Shown here: positions 38,659 to 47,482 of the stretch, one piece after another
How positions within the stretch are numbered: the first letter of the stretch is position 1
How the letters are laid out: every line of letters starts with the position of its first letter
Origin: a virus
Lineage: Duplodnaviria; Heunggongvirae; Uroviricota; Caudoviricetes
Direction: 5' to 3' (one strand)
DNA: 64,000 nt
IMG/VR virus record: IMGVR_UViG_3300037488_002392
Program-made: the position numbers and the translations under genes
The notes under the pieces: generated by a model
The model's input: the letters and a program-made list of their open reading frames with translations, nothing else
Told to the model about the DNA's origin: nothing
Databases searched by the model: none

Positions 38659-40071
38659 TCATACGTAAGGTGAGAACAGATGGGGCTTCTCAAGGGAGAG
38701 GTGGACGGCTGAGCCAGCCATTGCTTCAAATGCTCGTTGCCATTCATTGTTGTGCCAATCGCCTTTAGTGTGCGATATTTCGTGCAGTATGAGGGCAGTC
38801 ACGCTGGCGTTGATATTCTCAAACCATGCCTTGCCCAGTTTGGCAACATTGAATATCAGCGAACCCGAACCGTAACACGCTCCATATGCTCCTGTAAACT
38901 GGGAGACAAATTCTACATGGCATTCAGAGCCAACCAGTTCACGGTGGAGCATCTTGGCATACTCAGCTACCCTGAGCATCTCTGGAGTTGGGTCGTAGGG
39001 TTTGGCTACGCCAGCCTGAGCCTTGAAGATATCGCTGGAGCGTTGGAGTCCTTGGCCAGCGAATGCCTTGCGTTCCGCTTCGCTCAGGGTGCGACCATGA
39101 ATAACTTCATAGCCAGCCTGTACAGCTTTCTCATTGGCGTAGGCATCATTGCTCCATAATACGACCTTATCGCCATACCGTTTTGTCATGGTCTTTTTGA
39201 CGGCTTCGGGGTTGATATCGGGGTCTTCTACTGCCTGACGTACCCATGTGGCTGATGGGTCGGTGACCTCATCCACAACAGCCTCTAAGACCGTTTTGTA
39301 CACATCTTGCAGGTAGGAGTCACGGACGGTATCACGGTTGGGGGGGAGCGGTACTTTCTGAAGTACGTTAACGCTGAACTGGCAGGTTATTTCCTGTATT
39401 GGGATTCCCATCTCGTATAGGGTTGGCTTGACTCCGTTGGGCTGGTAGATTTCCAGAGTGGTCTGCCGTCTGGTAGGTCGCATCGGCTCTCCAGCACGTT
39501 CCTGTAATACGGTATCCAGCGTGGCTGGCAAAGTCTTGTATGGTTCATTGTACGGCATGGTCATGCCGTTTACGATGTAGGTAATTCCTTTCGGGGGAAG
39601 TAGTCTGCGTAGGTTCTCTACGATGCTGTCAGCCTGACGGTTTCCCCACGGCATGATGCACTCTACCGTTGTTCCTTTTGTAGCGGTGGGAGCGGTGCGT
39701 ACCTGTCTGCCACCGCTCTCAGGAAACAGGATGATTTTACCGCTGGTTATTATCCGTGCCGTTTTGGCTACGGAGATAATCTCCTTTTCTCCGATATTGA
39801 ACCTACCACGCACGGTGGGGTTCAATCGCTTGGGAGTGGTTCGCATGAGTATCCACGCATCGTCAATTTTGGAGAACCCAGCACCATCATCGTAACATAC
39901 GATTTTGGTCTTGCGTGGCTCAAGATTCGTGACCGTGACCTCACATCGGGTCACAGCTTCATCCCAACTATTGCTGACCAATTCCTTGACCAGTTGCCAC
40001 GGCTCACGACCCTCTTGCAGTTCCCTCATGCCTTGGTGGTCAATTTCAAAACGTGGTTTCTTATCTGTCAT
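38659..40071 (-). CDS. GHKL-type ATPase (HATPase_c-like N-terminal domain) fused to a C-terminal HExxH (ImmA/IrrE-like) metallopeptidase motif. Paralog A.
   Basis: N-box ELVSNSWDEA. G1 box DDGAGF. C-terminal ILHEISH...H. AAAAAGGAGGTGCAGATATG start context. A perfect TTGACA-N17-TATAAT promoter lies upstream on the minus strand. Confidence 0.6.
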   Translation of the reverse strand: MTDKKPRFEIDHQGMRELQEGREPWQLVKELVSNSWDEAVTRCEVTVTNLEPRKTKIVCYDDGAGFSKIDDAWILMRTTPKRLNPTVRGRFNIGEKEIISVAKTARIITSGKIILFPESGGRQVRTAPTATKGTTVECIMPWGNRQADSIVENLRRLLPPKGITYIVNGMTMPYNEPYKTLPATLDTVLQERAGEPMRPTRRQTTLEIYQPNGVKPTLYEMGIPIQEITCQFSVNVLQKVPLPPNRDTVRDSYLQDVYKTVLEAVVDEVTDPSATWVRQAVEDPDINPEAVKKTMTKRYGDKVVLWSNDAYANEKAVQAGYEVIHGRTLSEAERKAFAGQGLQRSSDIFKAQAGVAKPYDPTPEMLRVAEYAKMLHRELVGSECHVEFVSQFTGAYGACYGSGSLIFNVAKLGKAWFENINASVTALILHEISHTKGDWHNNEWQRAFEAMAGSAVHLSLEKPHLFSPYV

Positions 40072-40103
40072 ATCTGCACCTCCTTTTTTAATTTGTATAA
40101 TGG

Positions 40104-40132
40104 ATTATACTCGCATCGTAGCTAATTGTCAA
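40104..40132 (-). promoter_or_regulatory. Consensus sigma70-like promoter (TTGACA-N17-TATAAT) on the minus strand, driving 38659..40071.
   Basis: Plus-strand tgtcaa at 40127-40132 and attata at 40104-40109 with a 17-nt spacer. About 30 nt lie between the -10 and the ATG. Confidence 0.55.
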
Positions 40133-40254
40133 ATACCTATTGAGTATCGTGTGTGATGTTGGTATTTGCATTTTCCTAAATTCAGCCAGAATCTGTATCT
40201 GGAATATTTTTACCATAGTAAACCTACCTTTACCATCATACGAAATCTGATAGG

Positions 40255-40479
40255 CTATGGGTTCATATATCCCAGAGTCGTTATCCACGTGTTGTGACCA
40301 CGGTGGGCTTTGATGGCATCCACGCCAGTGCAGACGGCATGGAACTGGAAAGCCCTGTCGCAATCCTTGCACCAGAATTCATAGGTGCAGGGATTGGCAA
40401 GAGTTTCGTACCGCTCTCTGCCACGTAGGTAGTCCAGTTGTGACTGCTGGGTTAGAGTGAAAGTGGCTACTTGGTTCAT
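40255..40479 (-). CDS. Cys-rich small protein.
   Basis: SD CGAACAGGAGGTATTGTAATG. C..C...CTGVD...H.GH motif. Confidence 0.55.
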   Translation of the reverse strand: MNQVATFTLTQQSQLDYLRGRERYETLANPCTYEFWCKDCDRAFQFHAVCTGVDAIKAHRGHNTWITTLGYMNP

Positions 40480-41099
40480 TACAATACCTCCTGTTCGTAG
40501 TTCTTTTGCGATAATGTCCTGTACTCCCCATCAATTGGCAGTATGAGTAACTCAACCCAGCATCCACCGCCATTGGACTCAGGTCTGGCGATGCCGAATG
40601 CTGTTGTGCCGTCAGGTACCCTGTCTATCCAGTTGTTCCATGAGCGGTCACCAGCACCCAGTTTCATGCTGATGCGGTGGGATGCTCCAACCTGGACCTC
40701 GCACATGAGCCGTCCAGATTTAGACCTACGGATTTCAAAGCCACCGCATATGCTTCGCACGTGCAGATAATTCTCTGCGAATTGCACTCGCTGAATATTC
40801 CAGTTCATCAGTTCAAGGTTAGCTTTGTTCCACTCAGGTGTACCCCAATCCAATTGTGATAGAATAGTTGGATTAGTGAGCGTTGAAAGAAAGCCATCCA
40901 TTGCCTCTTTAGGGGTCGCTGTGACGGCATCTTCTCCTGACCAGTACGGTAGCACCCCTGACGGCAGATGGACTAAACCAGCGACCTCTGAGGTGCTGTT
41001 TTGACCAATAGGTATTGAGTACTGTGAACCATTGGCTTCGTTGCCAAAGTCCACGATAGTGGTGAAGTCTTCAAGTTTGGTTTGAAAGTAATGTTTCAT
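40479..41099 (-). CDS. Hypothetical protein.
   Basis: AAGGAGATGAAATAATG. ORF of 206 aa. Confidence 0.6.
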   Translation of the reverse strand: MKHYFQTKLEDFTTIVDFGNEANGSQYSIPIGQNSTSEVAGLVHLPSGVLPYWSGEDAVTATPKEAMDGFLSTLTNPTILSQLDWGTPEWNKANLELMNWNIQRVQFAENYLHVRSICGGFEIRRSKSGRLMCEVQVGASHRISMKLGAGDRSWNNWIDRVPDGTTAFGIARPESNGGGCWVELLILPIDGEYRTLSQKNYEQEVL

Positions 41100-41117
41100 T
41101 ATTTCATCTCCTTGAAT

Positions 41118-41750
41118 TTATTTTGAGAGGAAGTGTACCAGCTTTTCCAGCGTAGTTGGGGAGTAGTCCTTGAGGGCGATGGTGATTTTAACATCACCGT
41201 AGCCGTTATCAATGCTTATTTCACCTATGTCAGTCTGGCGTGAGATTTCAACATCCTCTGAACGGTAGATAGAGTCAGGTATTTCGCAGTCCCATCCATA
41301 TTGTTCAGCGAGTTGTGCCAACAGGAGAGCGAATGCTGTACGTTTGGCTTTATTACGTTGGCGTTCCTGCTCCACTTGTCCTTGGAATTCACATTCAGCC
41401 AGTAATGATGGCATCAGTTCAGTCATTTTCAAGCGTAGGCTGGAGAGGTCAAGCGTTGATATAGGGTTATAGATGTCTATGCGTGGCTTCAGTATGACCC
41501 TGCGGAATAGGTGGGTTGAGCCGTAGTGTGAGCGTTTGTCCATGCTGAGTTCAAAACCTAATACGTTTGTTCTGGAAGCCCACCTCTCCGATATTGTTTT
41601 GAGATGAAGCCCATCGGGGATATCAATCAGCTTCCTAATCCCAACCAGTAGAGCCTGACCGCCCTGCCAGACCAAGTCAAACTTGATTGCCTTGACCAGC
41701 TTGCCATCGTCCATAATCTTGAGTGTGCCTTGTTTAGTTTCGTTTTCCAT
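41118..41750 (-). CDS. Hypothetical protein.
   Basis: Internal ATG (MENETKQ) preceded by ATGGAGGCAAATAAT. The track ORF extends to 41825. Confidence 0.55.
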   Translation of the reverse strand: MENETKQGTLKIMDDGKLVKAIKFDLVWQGGQALLVGIRKLIDIPDGLHLKTISERWASRTNVLGFELSMDKRSHYGSTHLFRRVILKPRIDIYNPISTLDLSSLRLKMTELMPSLLAECEFQGQVEQERQRNKAKRTAFALLLAQLAEQYGWDCEIPDSIYRSEDVEISRQTDIGEISIDNGYGDVKITIALKDYSPTTLEKLVHFLSK

Positions 41751-41773
41751 ATTATTTGCCTCCATTATTTTAT

Positions 41774-42046
41774 TTAGCTTAACGCGATGCCCCAAGTCGG
41801 ATGAAATTTCACCGTTAGTAAGCAATCAACAGCATAATCTGGGTACATTTCACGATGATCGATTGTATCATTTACCACGTTGAACACGTGGTATTCGTAA
41901 TCTGGATTGAAATCACCGTCTGAGTTTTCGCAGCGATAGAGTTCCTCCTGTCCCTGTACGTATTCTATCGCCTCTGCTTCTGTTTCAAAAATTTGATGGT
42001 CACTATGTTCCTGTTTGTATAACTCGATTACTATTGATGCGCTCAT
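41774..42046 (-). CDS. Small acidic protein.
   Basis: SD from AGGAGAATAGATATG. Confidence 0.5.
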   Translation of the reverse strand: MSASIVIELYKQEHSDHQIFETEAEAIEYVQGQEELYRCENSDGDFNPDYEYHVFNVVNDTIDHREMYPDYAVDCLLTVKFHPTWGIALS

Positions 42047-42048
42047 AT

Positions 42049-42501
42049 CTATTCTCCTATCTGCCTTGCTATGCCGTACTCAGCTATAGTCTTATAGGTC
42101 TGATTTGTGATTGCTGCGGTATTGATTTCGCCAGATGCTACCACGGTGTAGTCACGTATAAGCCTTTTATTGGATACGCTCACGTGGTCACCGTGCATGT
42201 AATCGTTGGCGGTTGCCTGTTCATAGGCAGGGTCGTATCTGCCAGTTATGGGAGTCCAGATGATGCGGTCACCGATTGCCCCACCTGTTACCCTCTCACA
42301 GAGTGCTGAGAGCGTGGTGGCAGGGTTGCTCAGGTTCTTACGTGCTTCCAGTGTGTAGACCCACTCTGACGGCTCGCCAGCCATGCGGAACGCCAGCACG
42401 ATGCACCAAAGACTGCCCCTGCGGTCAGTCAAGAATTGCCCGATGTTGTATCTCATTTTAGGTGCTTTCATATTTAAACCCCCTTGATTATCATACTTCA
42501 T
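42049..42501 (-). CDS. Hypothetical protein. Alternative start at 42471 with an AAGGGGG SD.
   Basis: TAATG overlap with the stop of the upstream GHKL gene, suggesting translational coupling. Confidence 0.5.
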   Translation of the reverse strand: MKYDNQGGLNMKAPKMRYNIGQFLTDRRGSLWCIVLAFRMAGEPSEWVYTLEARKNLSNPATTLSALCERVTGGAIGDRIIWTPITGRYDPAYEQATANDYMHGDHVSVSNKRLIRDYTVVASGEINTAAITNQTYKTIAEYGIARQIGE

Positions 42502-44249
42502 TAGATAGCCACCTCAACCCCAAGGTCTTTGGATATCCGCTCTATCTCGCTCAGCAGTAGGTCAGGCTCATTCGCCCAGCACTCTATGAAAACAAATCCA
42601 TCGCAGTCGCTCTGCAAGAACCATTGCAATTTGGGGCTGAGAGTCCTGACCATATGATTGCGAACCGTATTTACCAGAGTGATATCGGGGGAGCGGAATA
42701 TGATGCCGTCATGCTTATCGTACATCATCTCGCCTTTAGCTACGAGTTTGAGTACAGTTGGCTCAGGCTCATGGCTGGCGTTCACGCCCATCTTGGCGTG
42801 TAGCTGGGCGGTCAGGCGTTCTACCTCACGCTCATCACGCTCTATCTGCTGAAGCAGTAGCAGTTCGGGAGCGTTGCCACCATCGGCTTTTTCGGGGTTC
42901 TCAGACCCCTCAGCGACCTCAACATCCTCAATAGGTATTGACGGGCAGGGGGCAGGGGATACCCTTTTCCTGAGCCTCTTAGGGGTCGTTTTGACGTTGG
43001 TCAGGAGTGCCATAGCTAATTTGCCACCGTAGTAGGTCAAATCAGCTTCAAACTCAGCGGAGCAGTCAGCATGACCGTAGACGAGATGGCACAATTCGTG
43101 GAAGAGGACTGCCATCGTTTTGTCAAGGTCATCGAGAATGGATATGTTGATGCGAATGACCTTGCCATCACACTCACCATCAGACCGCATTTTGCAAATC
43201 CTGACTGTATATTTGGTGGTTAGGTCGGGAGCGAATACTGGCTGTAGGATTGCCCTCGCTTTTGCAAGTATTGCACGTTGGCTGTCGGTCACGTTGACCA
43301 TGGAAGAGCGTGATGTATCCTTATGTACGACCTCGTAGTCCAGCTTTACGCCAGCATTGTTGAGGGTATGGCGTATGCTCCACGGCAGGGTTATGCATTT
43401 GAATCCCAGATAGCTGGCACGTGACGCTTGTCGTTCGGTCAGGCAAGCTTTGTTGCCATGTAACTCGTTGAAAGCTTTTTTCCATAGCCGTTTGTGTTCT
43501 GGAGTAAAGTAACAGTCAGCTTCCAAGCTATTACGCATCCCCTCGTCCTCGCAAGCTCTGATGATATCAGTGATGGCTTCATAGCTTTTGGTCTGCCTGA
43601 GAATGTTCTTGACCTCACGTGATACTACGTCACGATTGAGGACTGTTCTATCACGGTTCATGGCATCCTTGGCGGTGATGTTGTAACTGAGGATTGATTT
43701 CAGTTGTTCAGTCAATAGACCCTGCACGTAGATTGACCCAGCGTGATGCAGAATGTTCTTGTCGTACCTGTCACGTGGGGTGATGGCAAGGAAGAGTGAT
43801 TTGGCTTCGTCCAGTTCTGCCTGAGTGCAAGCGAACCTGACGATAGTGCCTTCTTTAGGGGTCACGCACTCGTCTATGTATATGGTCAAGACAGCCGTTC
43901 CTACGATGGAGTCTTCCATCTTGAACGTATACCGCTTGACAAGGCTCTCAGCGGTAATCCAGCTACCATTGCGGAGTAGCACCATAGCCCCCACTTTCAA
44001 GCCCTCACCGTACTGACCGATATCGTTGTTGGTTTTGGTAGTCTCACCAATAAGGAGACCGTTGGGGTGGAAGCCAGAGCCAAAGTCGGTGACCGTAGCT
44101 ACTCCAGCTTCCCACGTGATTACTGGCTTGGTGTGGGTATCCAGAGCGTTGGCAAGTATCTCACGTATGGCTTGGACTACAGTCCAGCCTTTGCAGTAAT
44201 TGGCGGTAAGACCCAAGGTTATGCTATTGGTCATTGTAGCTGTCGGCAT
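42501..44249 (-). CDS. GHKL-type ATPase fused to a C-terminal HExxH (ImmA/IrrE-like) metallopeptidase motif. Paralog B.
   Basis: N-box IREILANALDTH. G1 box TDFGSGF. G2 box GQYGEGLKVG. FHELCHLVYGH at about 43081-43110. SD GAGGTGGACGAATAATG. Confidence 0.65.
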   Translation of the reverse strand: MPTATMTNSITLGLTANYCKGWTVVQAIREILANALDTHTKPVITWEAGVATVTDFGSGFHPNGLLIGETTKTNNDIGQYGEGLKVGAMVLLRNGSWITAESLVKRYTFKMEDSIVGTAVLTIYIDECVTPKEGTIVRFACTQAELDEAKSLFLAITPRDRYDKNILHHAGSIYVQGLLTEQLKSILSYNITAKDAMNRDRTVLNRDVVSREVKNILRQTKSYEAITDIIRACEDEGMRNSLEADCYFTPEHKRLWKKAFNELHGNKACLTERQASRASYLGFKCITLPWSIRHTLNNAGVKLDYEVVHKDTSRSSMVNVTDSQRAILAKARAILQPVFAPDLTTKYTVRICKMRSDGECDGKVIRINISILDDLDKTMAVLFHELCHLVYGHADCSAEFEADLTYYGGKLAMALLTNVKTTPKRLRKRVSPAPCPSIPIEDVEVAEGSENPEKADGGNAPELLLLQQIERDEREVERLTAQLHAKMGVNASHEPEPTVLKLVAKGEMMYDKHDGIIFRSPDITLVNTVRNHMVRTLSPKLQWFLQSDCDGFVFIECWANEPDLLLSEIERISKDLGVEVAI

Positions 44250-44443
44250 TATTCGTCCACCTCTTTCAGATTCTTTTTACATATTTCACAGCGGTAGTCT
44301 GTTTCATCGTAAGGGGGATGCTCTTCATCGTAGCTGATATCCTTGTATTTCTTGGTGGCAGTAGCTTCTGATGGAAAGCATGATTTGCAGAAGTCTTTGG
44401 GGTCGCTGTTTTCGTCACCGTAGTACACTCGTATCCTTGGCAT
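44249..44443 (-). CDS. Zinc-ribbon small protein.
   Basis: CKSCF...CEICKK. SD GGCGGTGAAG. Confidence 0.5.
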   Translation of the reverse strand: MPRIRVYYGDENSDPKDFCKSCFPSEATATKKYKDISYDEEHPPYDETDYRCEICKKNLKEVDE

Positions 44444-44678
44444 TATGACTTCACCGCCTTGCCAGTAATGCCATCAATCCTATACTCAGGCTTGGTCGCT
44501 CCGTACCAATAGGCATAGGCAATGCGGAATGCCTTGGTAATTTCTGCCAGAGCGGTAGATTTGCCCTGACCGTCACCGCTCTCAATCAGAGCGTACATGA
44601 TTTTAGCCATGCCATCGGGGGTCGGGGTCAGGTCGATGTATTTCTGAGTCTGGGTCTGCTTGGTTTCCTTTGTCATAT
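44443..44678 (-). CDS. Hypothetical small protein.
   Basis: AAAAGGAGAGTGACAATATG. The track ORF extends to 44766. Confidence 0.5.
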
Positions 44679-44806
44679 TGTCACTCTCCTTTTTATCCTG
44701 CCTTGAGTTAGCTCTAAGGTCTTTATGGACTCGTCCTTTTGGCACTTGAGAGCCACTACAGCCCACCTGCTGACCAGATGGGCTGGGTATGGCTGTCAGG
44801 GGCGAT

Positions 44807-45865
44807 TTAGAAGCTTTCCGCAGTCGCTCCTACTGGCAAAGCCAGACGGTCAGGCTGAATCGGGCGGTCAAGGTAATCGTAGGCAAGCTGGTGGATGGCG
44901 AGTGCTTTCTCGTTGTTGTAGTAATTGGCGGTTTCGGTGATAGCTGAGTAGATGCCGTACTTGGTGCGGTAATCGTCACCATGTACGTTGGCGGTCATGA
45001 CGTTAATCATCTGCTTGTACTCTTCAGCGGTCATAGCCGTTTTAGCTACACGTGCAATCTCGTCTGAGGTGCTGGTCACGAAAGTGGTGACAGCTTCCTT
45101 GAGTTTGGCGAGGATGCCAGAAGCTGTCAGCAAGCTGGAGTCTATGGCAGAGTTGATGCGGTCTTCCCAGCGGTCAGAATCACCGATATGCCTGATGCGG
45201 TAGGTCGTGCCATGTTTCATGGCTACTGCCTGATTACCGCAGAAGCATTGCCAGAGCAAATCAGCTACGGTGAACGAGCGGAGTCCAGTTTCGGAATTCA
45301 TAATGTACAGACCTGTCTTGGCTATATCCCCGACTCGCAAGGTCATCTTGGTTGCAGTATCGGGGAGAGCAAGGCTCATGTAAAAGCCGTCCATTGTGCA
45401 TTCAGAGTAGGTGACCTCAGTCTGACGACCAGCCAGTTTTCGCATTACATACTGGACGGCTTTGAGGTCAGGCATTTCGGTGCGGTACTCATCGGTTAGG
45501 ACTGCACGGCAAGCTGGTACGCCATTTGCACCGTGGAAGCCACGTATCAGCATCGGCTTTTTTTCAAAGTAGTTTGCGAACAAATAGCCGATGGCGTTTT
45601 CGGTCATGGAATTCGGGAGGCGGTCAACAAGGGTCTGATTGAAGCCAATCTTCTGGAGAAGCTGGCTCTGAGCATTGGGGGTAAGGGTCAGGGTCGGGTT
45701 ACCTTTATCAAATGGTACGAGGGCGAGGTCGCTGGGGCGAGTGAATGCTACACGGTACTGGTTGAGGGTGGTCATCTGGTCAAAGGGTTGCATGATTTTC
45801 TCACGGGCTTCAAGGGCTTCTGCTACTGCTTCAAGGGTCTTGTACTTAGTCAACATATGGGTCAC
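44807..45865 (-). CDS. DUF932-like phage/plasmid protein. This is the first gene of the leftward operon.
   Basis: AAAAGGAGAGTGACCCATATG. The motif IMNSETGLRSFTVADLLWQCFCGNQ resembles the DUF932 core (NS.DGS...R.vC.N). The assignment is tentative. Confidence 0.4.
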   Translation of the reverse strand: MTHMLTKYKTLEAVAEALEAREKIMQPFDQMTTLNQYRVAFTRPSDLALVPFDKGNPTLTLTPNAQSQLLQKIGFNQTLVDRLPNSMTENAIGYLFANYFEKKPMLIRGFHGANGVPACRAVLTDEYRTEMPDLKAVQYVMRKLAGRQTEVTYSECTMDGFYMSLALPDTATKMTLRVGDIAKTGLYIMNSETGLRSFTVADLLWQCFCGNQAVAMKHGTTYRIRHIGDSDRWEDRINSAIDSSLLTASGILAKLKEAVTTFVTSTSDEIARVAKTAMTAEEYKQMINVMTANVHGDDYRTKYGIYSAITETANYYNNEKALAIHQLAYDYLDRPIQPDRLALPVGATAESF

Positions 45866-46000
45866 TCTCCTTTTGCCTTAACCTTTTCGGTCAGGCTGTT
45901 TTTTATTTTGGTCGGGATTTTGCCCGACCCTGATAGTATGGACTCTTTTTTTGGATTTGTCAATACCTATTTATATACAGCTTCAAAATGTGGTCGGGGT

Positions 46001-46056
46001 GGACATATATAGAGGTAAAGCGGTCAGGCTGGGTCGGACATATATAGATGTAAAGC
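46001..46056. repeat. Two direct copies of a 21-bp motif, GGACATATATAGAGGTAAAGC and GGACATATATAGATGTAAAGC.
   Basis: 46001-46021 and 46036-46056, identical at 20 of 21 positions. Confidence 0.8.
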
Positions 46057-46394
46057 ATCTCCCAGCCGTCAGGGTCGGCTGTTTTTCAAGGGTTTAGGTC
46101 AATGGGTATTGAGAATACCGTGCTTTTTTAGGGGCAAACAGGCGATTCTGAGCGTTTTATGGGGGTAGGTCAGGGGTTAGTACCAATGGGGTGTAGGAAG
46201 TGAAAGTTGATGCTGTCCTACGTTCAGAAAATACGGCTCGTTTTTACATATGGGACTATACATAATGCGTTGTTTTCGGGGTCGTTTTTACCCTGTTTTC
46301 GGGGGTCTAAAATGCCCATTTCGGGTCAGCCGTTCTGTTTGACATAATCAATGGTCGGGGGCATGGATGGTCGCAATTGATTATAAATATCAAC

Positions 46395-46519
46395 ATTGAT
46401 TATGAATATCATTGATGATATGCAGGGTCGGTGACCCTGACCTCTCTGGCAGGGTCGGCAGGGGCGATTATGCAGAGTCGGGGTCGGTAGCTATAACATA
46501 AATGATATTCATAATCAAT
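46395..46519. repeat. 19-bp perfect inverted repeat (ATTGATTATGAATATCATT / AATGATATTCATAATCAAT) flanking a GC-rich core with GGGTCGG motifs. ATTGATTAT(A/G)AATATC direct repeats lie upstream.
   Basis: The arms are at 46395-46413 and 46501-46519. Direct repeats are at 46375-46410. Confidence 0.75.
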
Positions 46520-46611
46520 ATCGGTATCAGGGTGTTTTGGTTTTGAACCGTTTCGGTCAGGTTCTGGAGCGTATTCGTCCATAGCGGTGGCTATGCAGGC
46601 GGTGGCTTGGC

Positions 46612-46703
46612 TATGGACGAGCCAGCTTCAATTATGGACGAATAGCTTTAGCTTATGGACGAATAGCTTTAGCTTATAGACGAATAGCTTTAGCTTATGG
46701 ACG
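46612..46703. repeat. Tandem array of about 4.5 copies of the 21-bp unit TATGGACGAATAGCTTTAGCT.
   Basis: Copies are at 46633-46653, 46654-46674 and 46675-46695 (one mismatch), with degenerate flanking copies. Confidence 0.85.
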
Positions 46704-46784
46704 TTTTTAGCTTGCGAGCATAGGCAACCACCCACGTGGATAAGCTCTCAATCCGTGAGCAAACGGTTTCGGATTGGAACGCTC

Positions 46785-46825
46785 TATAGCCGTGCGAGAG
46801 TAGGCTTATGCTCGTGACTGAGCAT
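46785..46825. repeat. Palindrome GCTTATGCTC-gtgact-GAGCATAAGC.
   Basis: Perfect 10-bp inverted arms. Related GAGCATAG(G) words recur nearby (46725, 46870). Confidence 0.6.
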
Positions 46826-47065
46826 AAGCGGGGAGTCCACGTGCATAGGCTTGGCTTTGCCTGTGGGCGAGCATAGTCTCCTGGGGAGGGGAAGGGGCAA
46901 GGACGGGGTTGAAATCGGGGGTTGATGATGATTATAGTAAATTTATCATCATTATGGTTGACATAATACGTTCAGTAGAATGGAGTAGGGGTTGGTGCAA
47001 CGCAAATCATATTGCTAATATTTAACGCAACACAAAGGTAAAGGCGAACTATTTTAGAAAGAAAC

Positions 47066-47094
47066 TTGACAGTGAAATCAACCTATTGTATATT
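47066..47094 (+). promoter_or_regulatory. Sigma70-like promoter TTGACA-N17-TATATT for the rightward small-gene array.
   Basis: Exact -35 consensus with a 17-nt spacer and a TATATT -10. The first gene ATG at 47137 is 43 nt downstream. Confidence 0.5.
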
Positions 47095-47136
47095 TGAATC
47101 ATAAAGGTTGATTATAATAATCAAGTTGAAAAAGAA

Positions 47137-47457
47137 ATGTACAGACAGAGTAAGCAGGACAAAATAGCCAAGGATGTGAAGAAACTGGTGTTGGGCAAGT
47201 CTCGTTATCATGATGGGAATTGGAGTTTTGCGGGGTTCAAGGTTACGAAAACTAAGTCAAAAGTAAGGAAACCTTTAATTGATATTAAGACAAGCAAGGG
47301 AGAGCGTGGTGCTACCAATATCAGTATTGACTATCCAGATTCATGGCGTAATCCTTTTAAAAAGAAATCTCCTGCAAAGAAGGCTATCAGGATAAAGGTT
47401 AAGAACAAGGCTGACTTCATAGTCGATAGTAAGGGCAACGTCAGAAGGAATATATAA
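47137..47457 (+). CDS. Small basic protein.
   Basis: First ORF after the promoter. K/R-rich, 106 aa. Confidence 0.5.
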   Translation: MYRQSKQDKIAKDVKKLVLGKSRYHDGNWSFAGFKVTKTKSKVRKPLIDIKTSKGERGATNISIDYPDSWRNPFKKKSPAKKAIRIKVKNKADFIVDSKGNVRRNI

Positions 47458-47482
47458 TAAAGGATATAGAAGGAGAAAGAAA

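Larger units (their letters stand above)
45866..47136. promoter_or_regulatory. Divergent non-coding control region that is a candidate replication origin or regulatory hub.
   Basis: It lies between a leftward and a rightward gene block. It contains more than 15 GGTCGG/GGTCAGG motifs, direct 21-bp repeats, ATTGAT iterons, a 19-bp inverted repeat pair, a 21-bp tandem array, a 10-bp-arm palindrome and sigma70-like promoters. Confidence 0.5.

Noticed and set aside
40088-40372. ORF 40088..40372 (-) of 94 aa.
   Set aside because: It overlaps the consensus promoter and leader of the GHKL gene and the better-supported 40255..40479 gene. It has no SD and low-complexity translation.
44740-44800. Hairpin CAGCCCATCT-ggtcagc-AGGTGGGCTG downstream of gene 44807..45865, considered as a terminator.
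   Set aside because: No U-tract follows on the transcribed minus strand. It may be an RNA structure or processing site, but support for a terminator is weak.
44988-46012. Plus-strand ORFs 44988..45203, 45188..45499, 45533..46012 and 45675..45881.
   Set aside because: They are antisense to the well-supported DUF932-like gene 44807..45865, or run into the non-coding GGTCGG-rich region. No SD.
46612-46703. The tandem 21-bp repeats considered as a CRISPR array.
   Set aside because: The repeats are directly contiguous with no spacers, there are only about 4 copies and no cas genes. This fits iterons or binding sites, not CRISPR.
46560-46930. Possible tRNA or structured ncRNA in the GC-richer part of the intergenic region (GGGGTTGAAATCGGGGG etc.).
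   Set aside because: No cloverleaf could be built. The T-arm candidate CGGGG-ttgaaat-CGGGG is not self-complementary, and no acceptor-stem pairing or CCA context was found.
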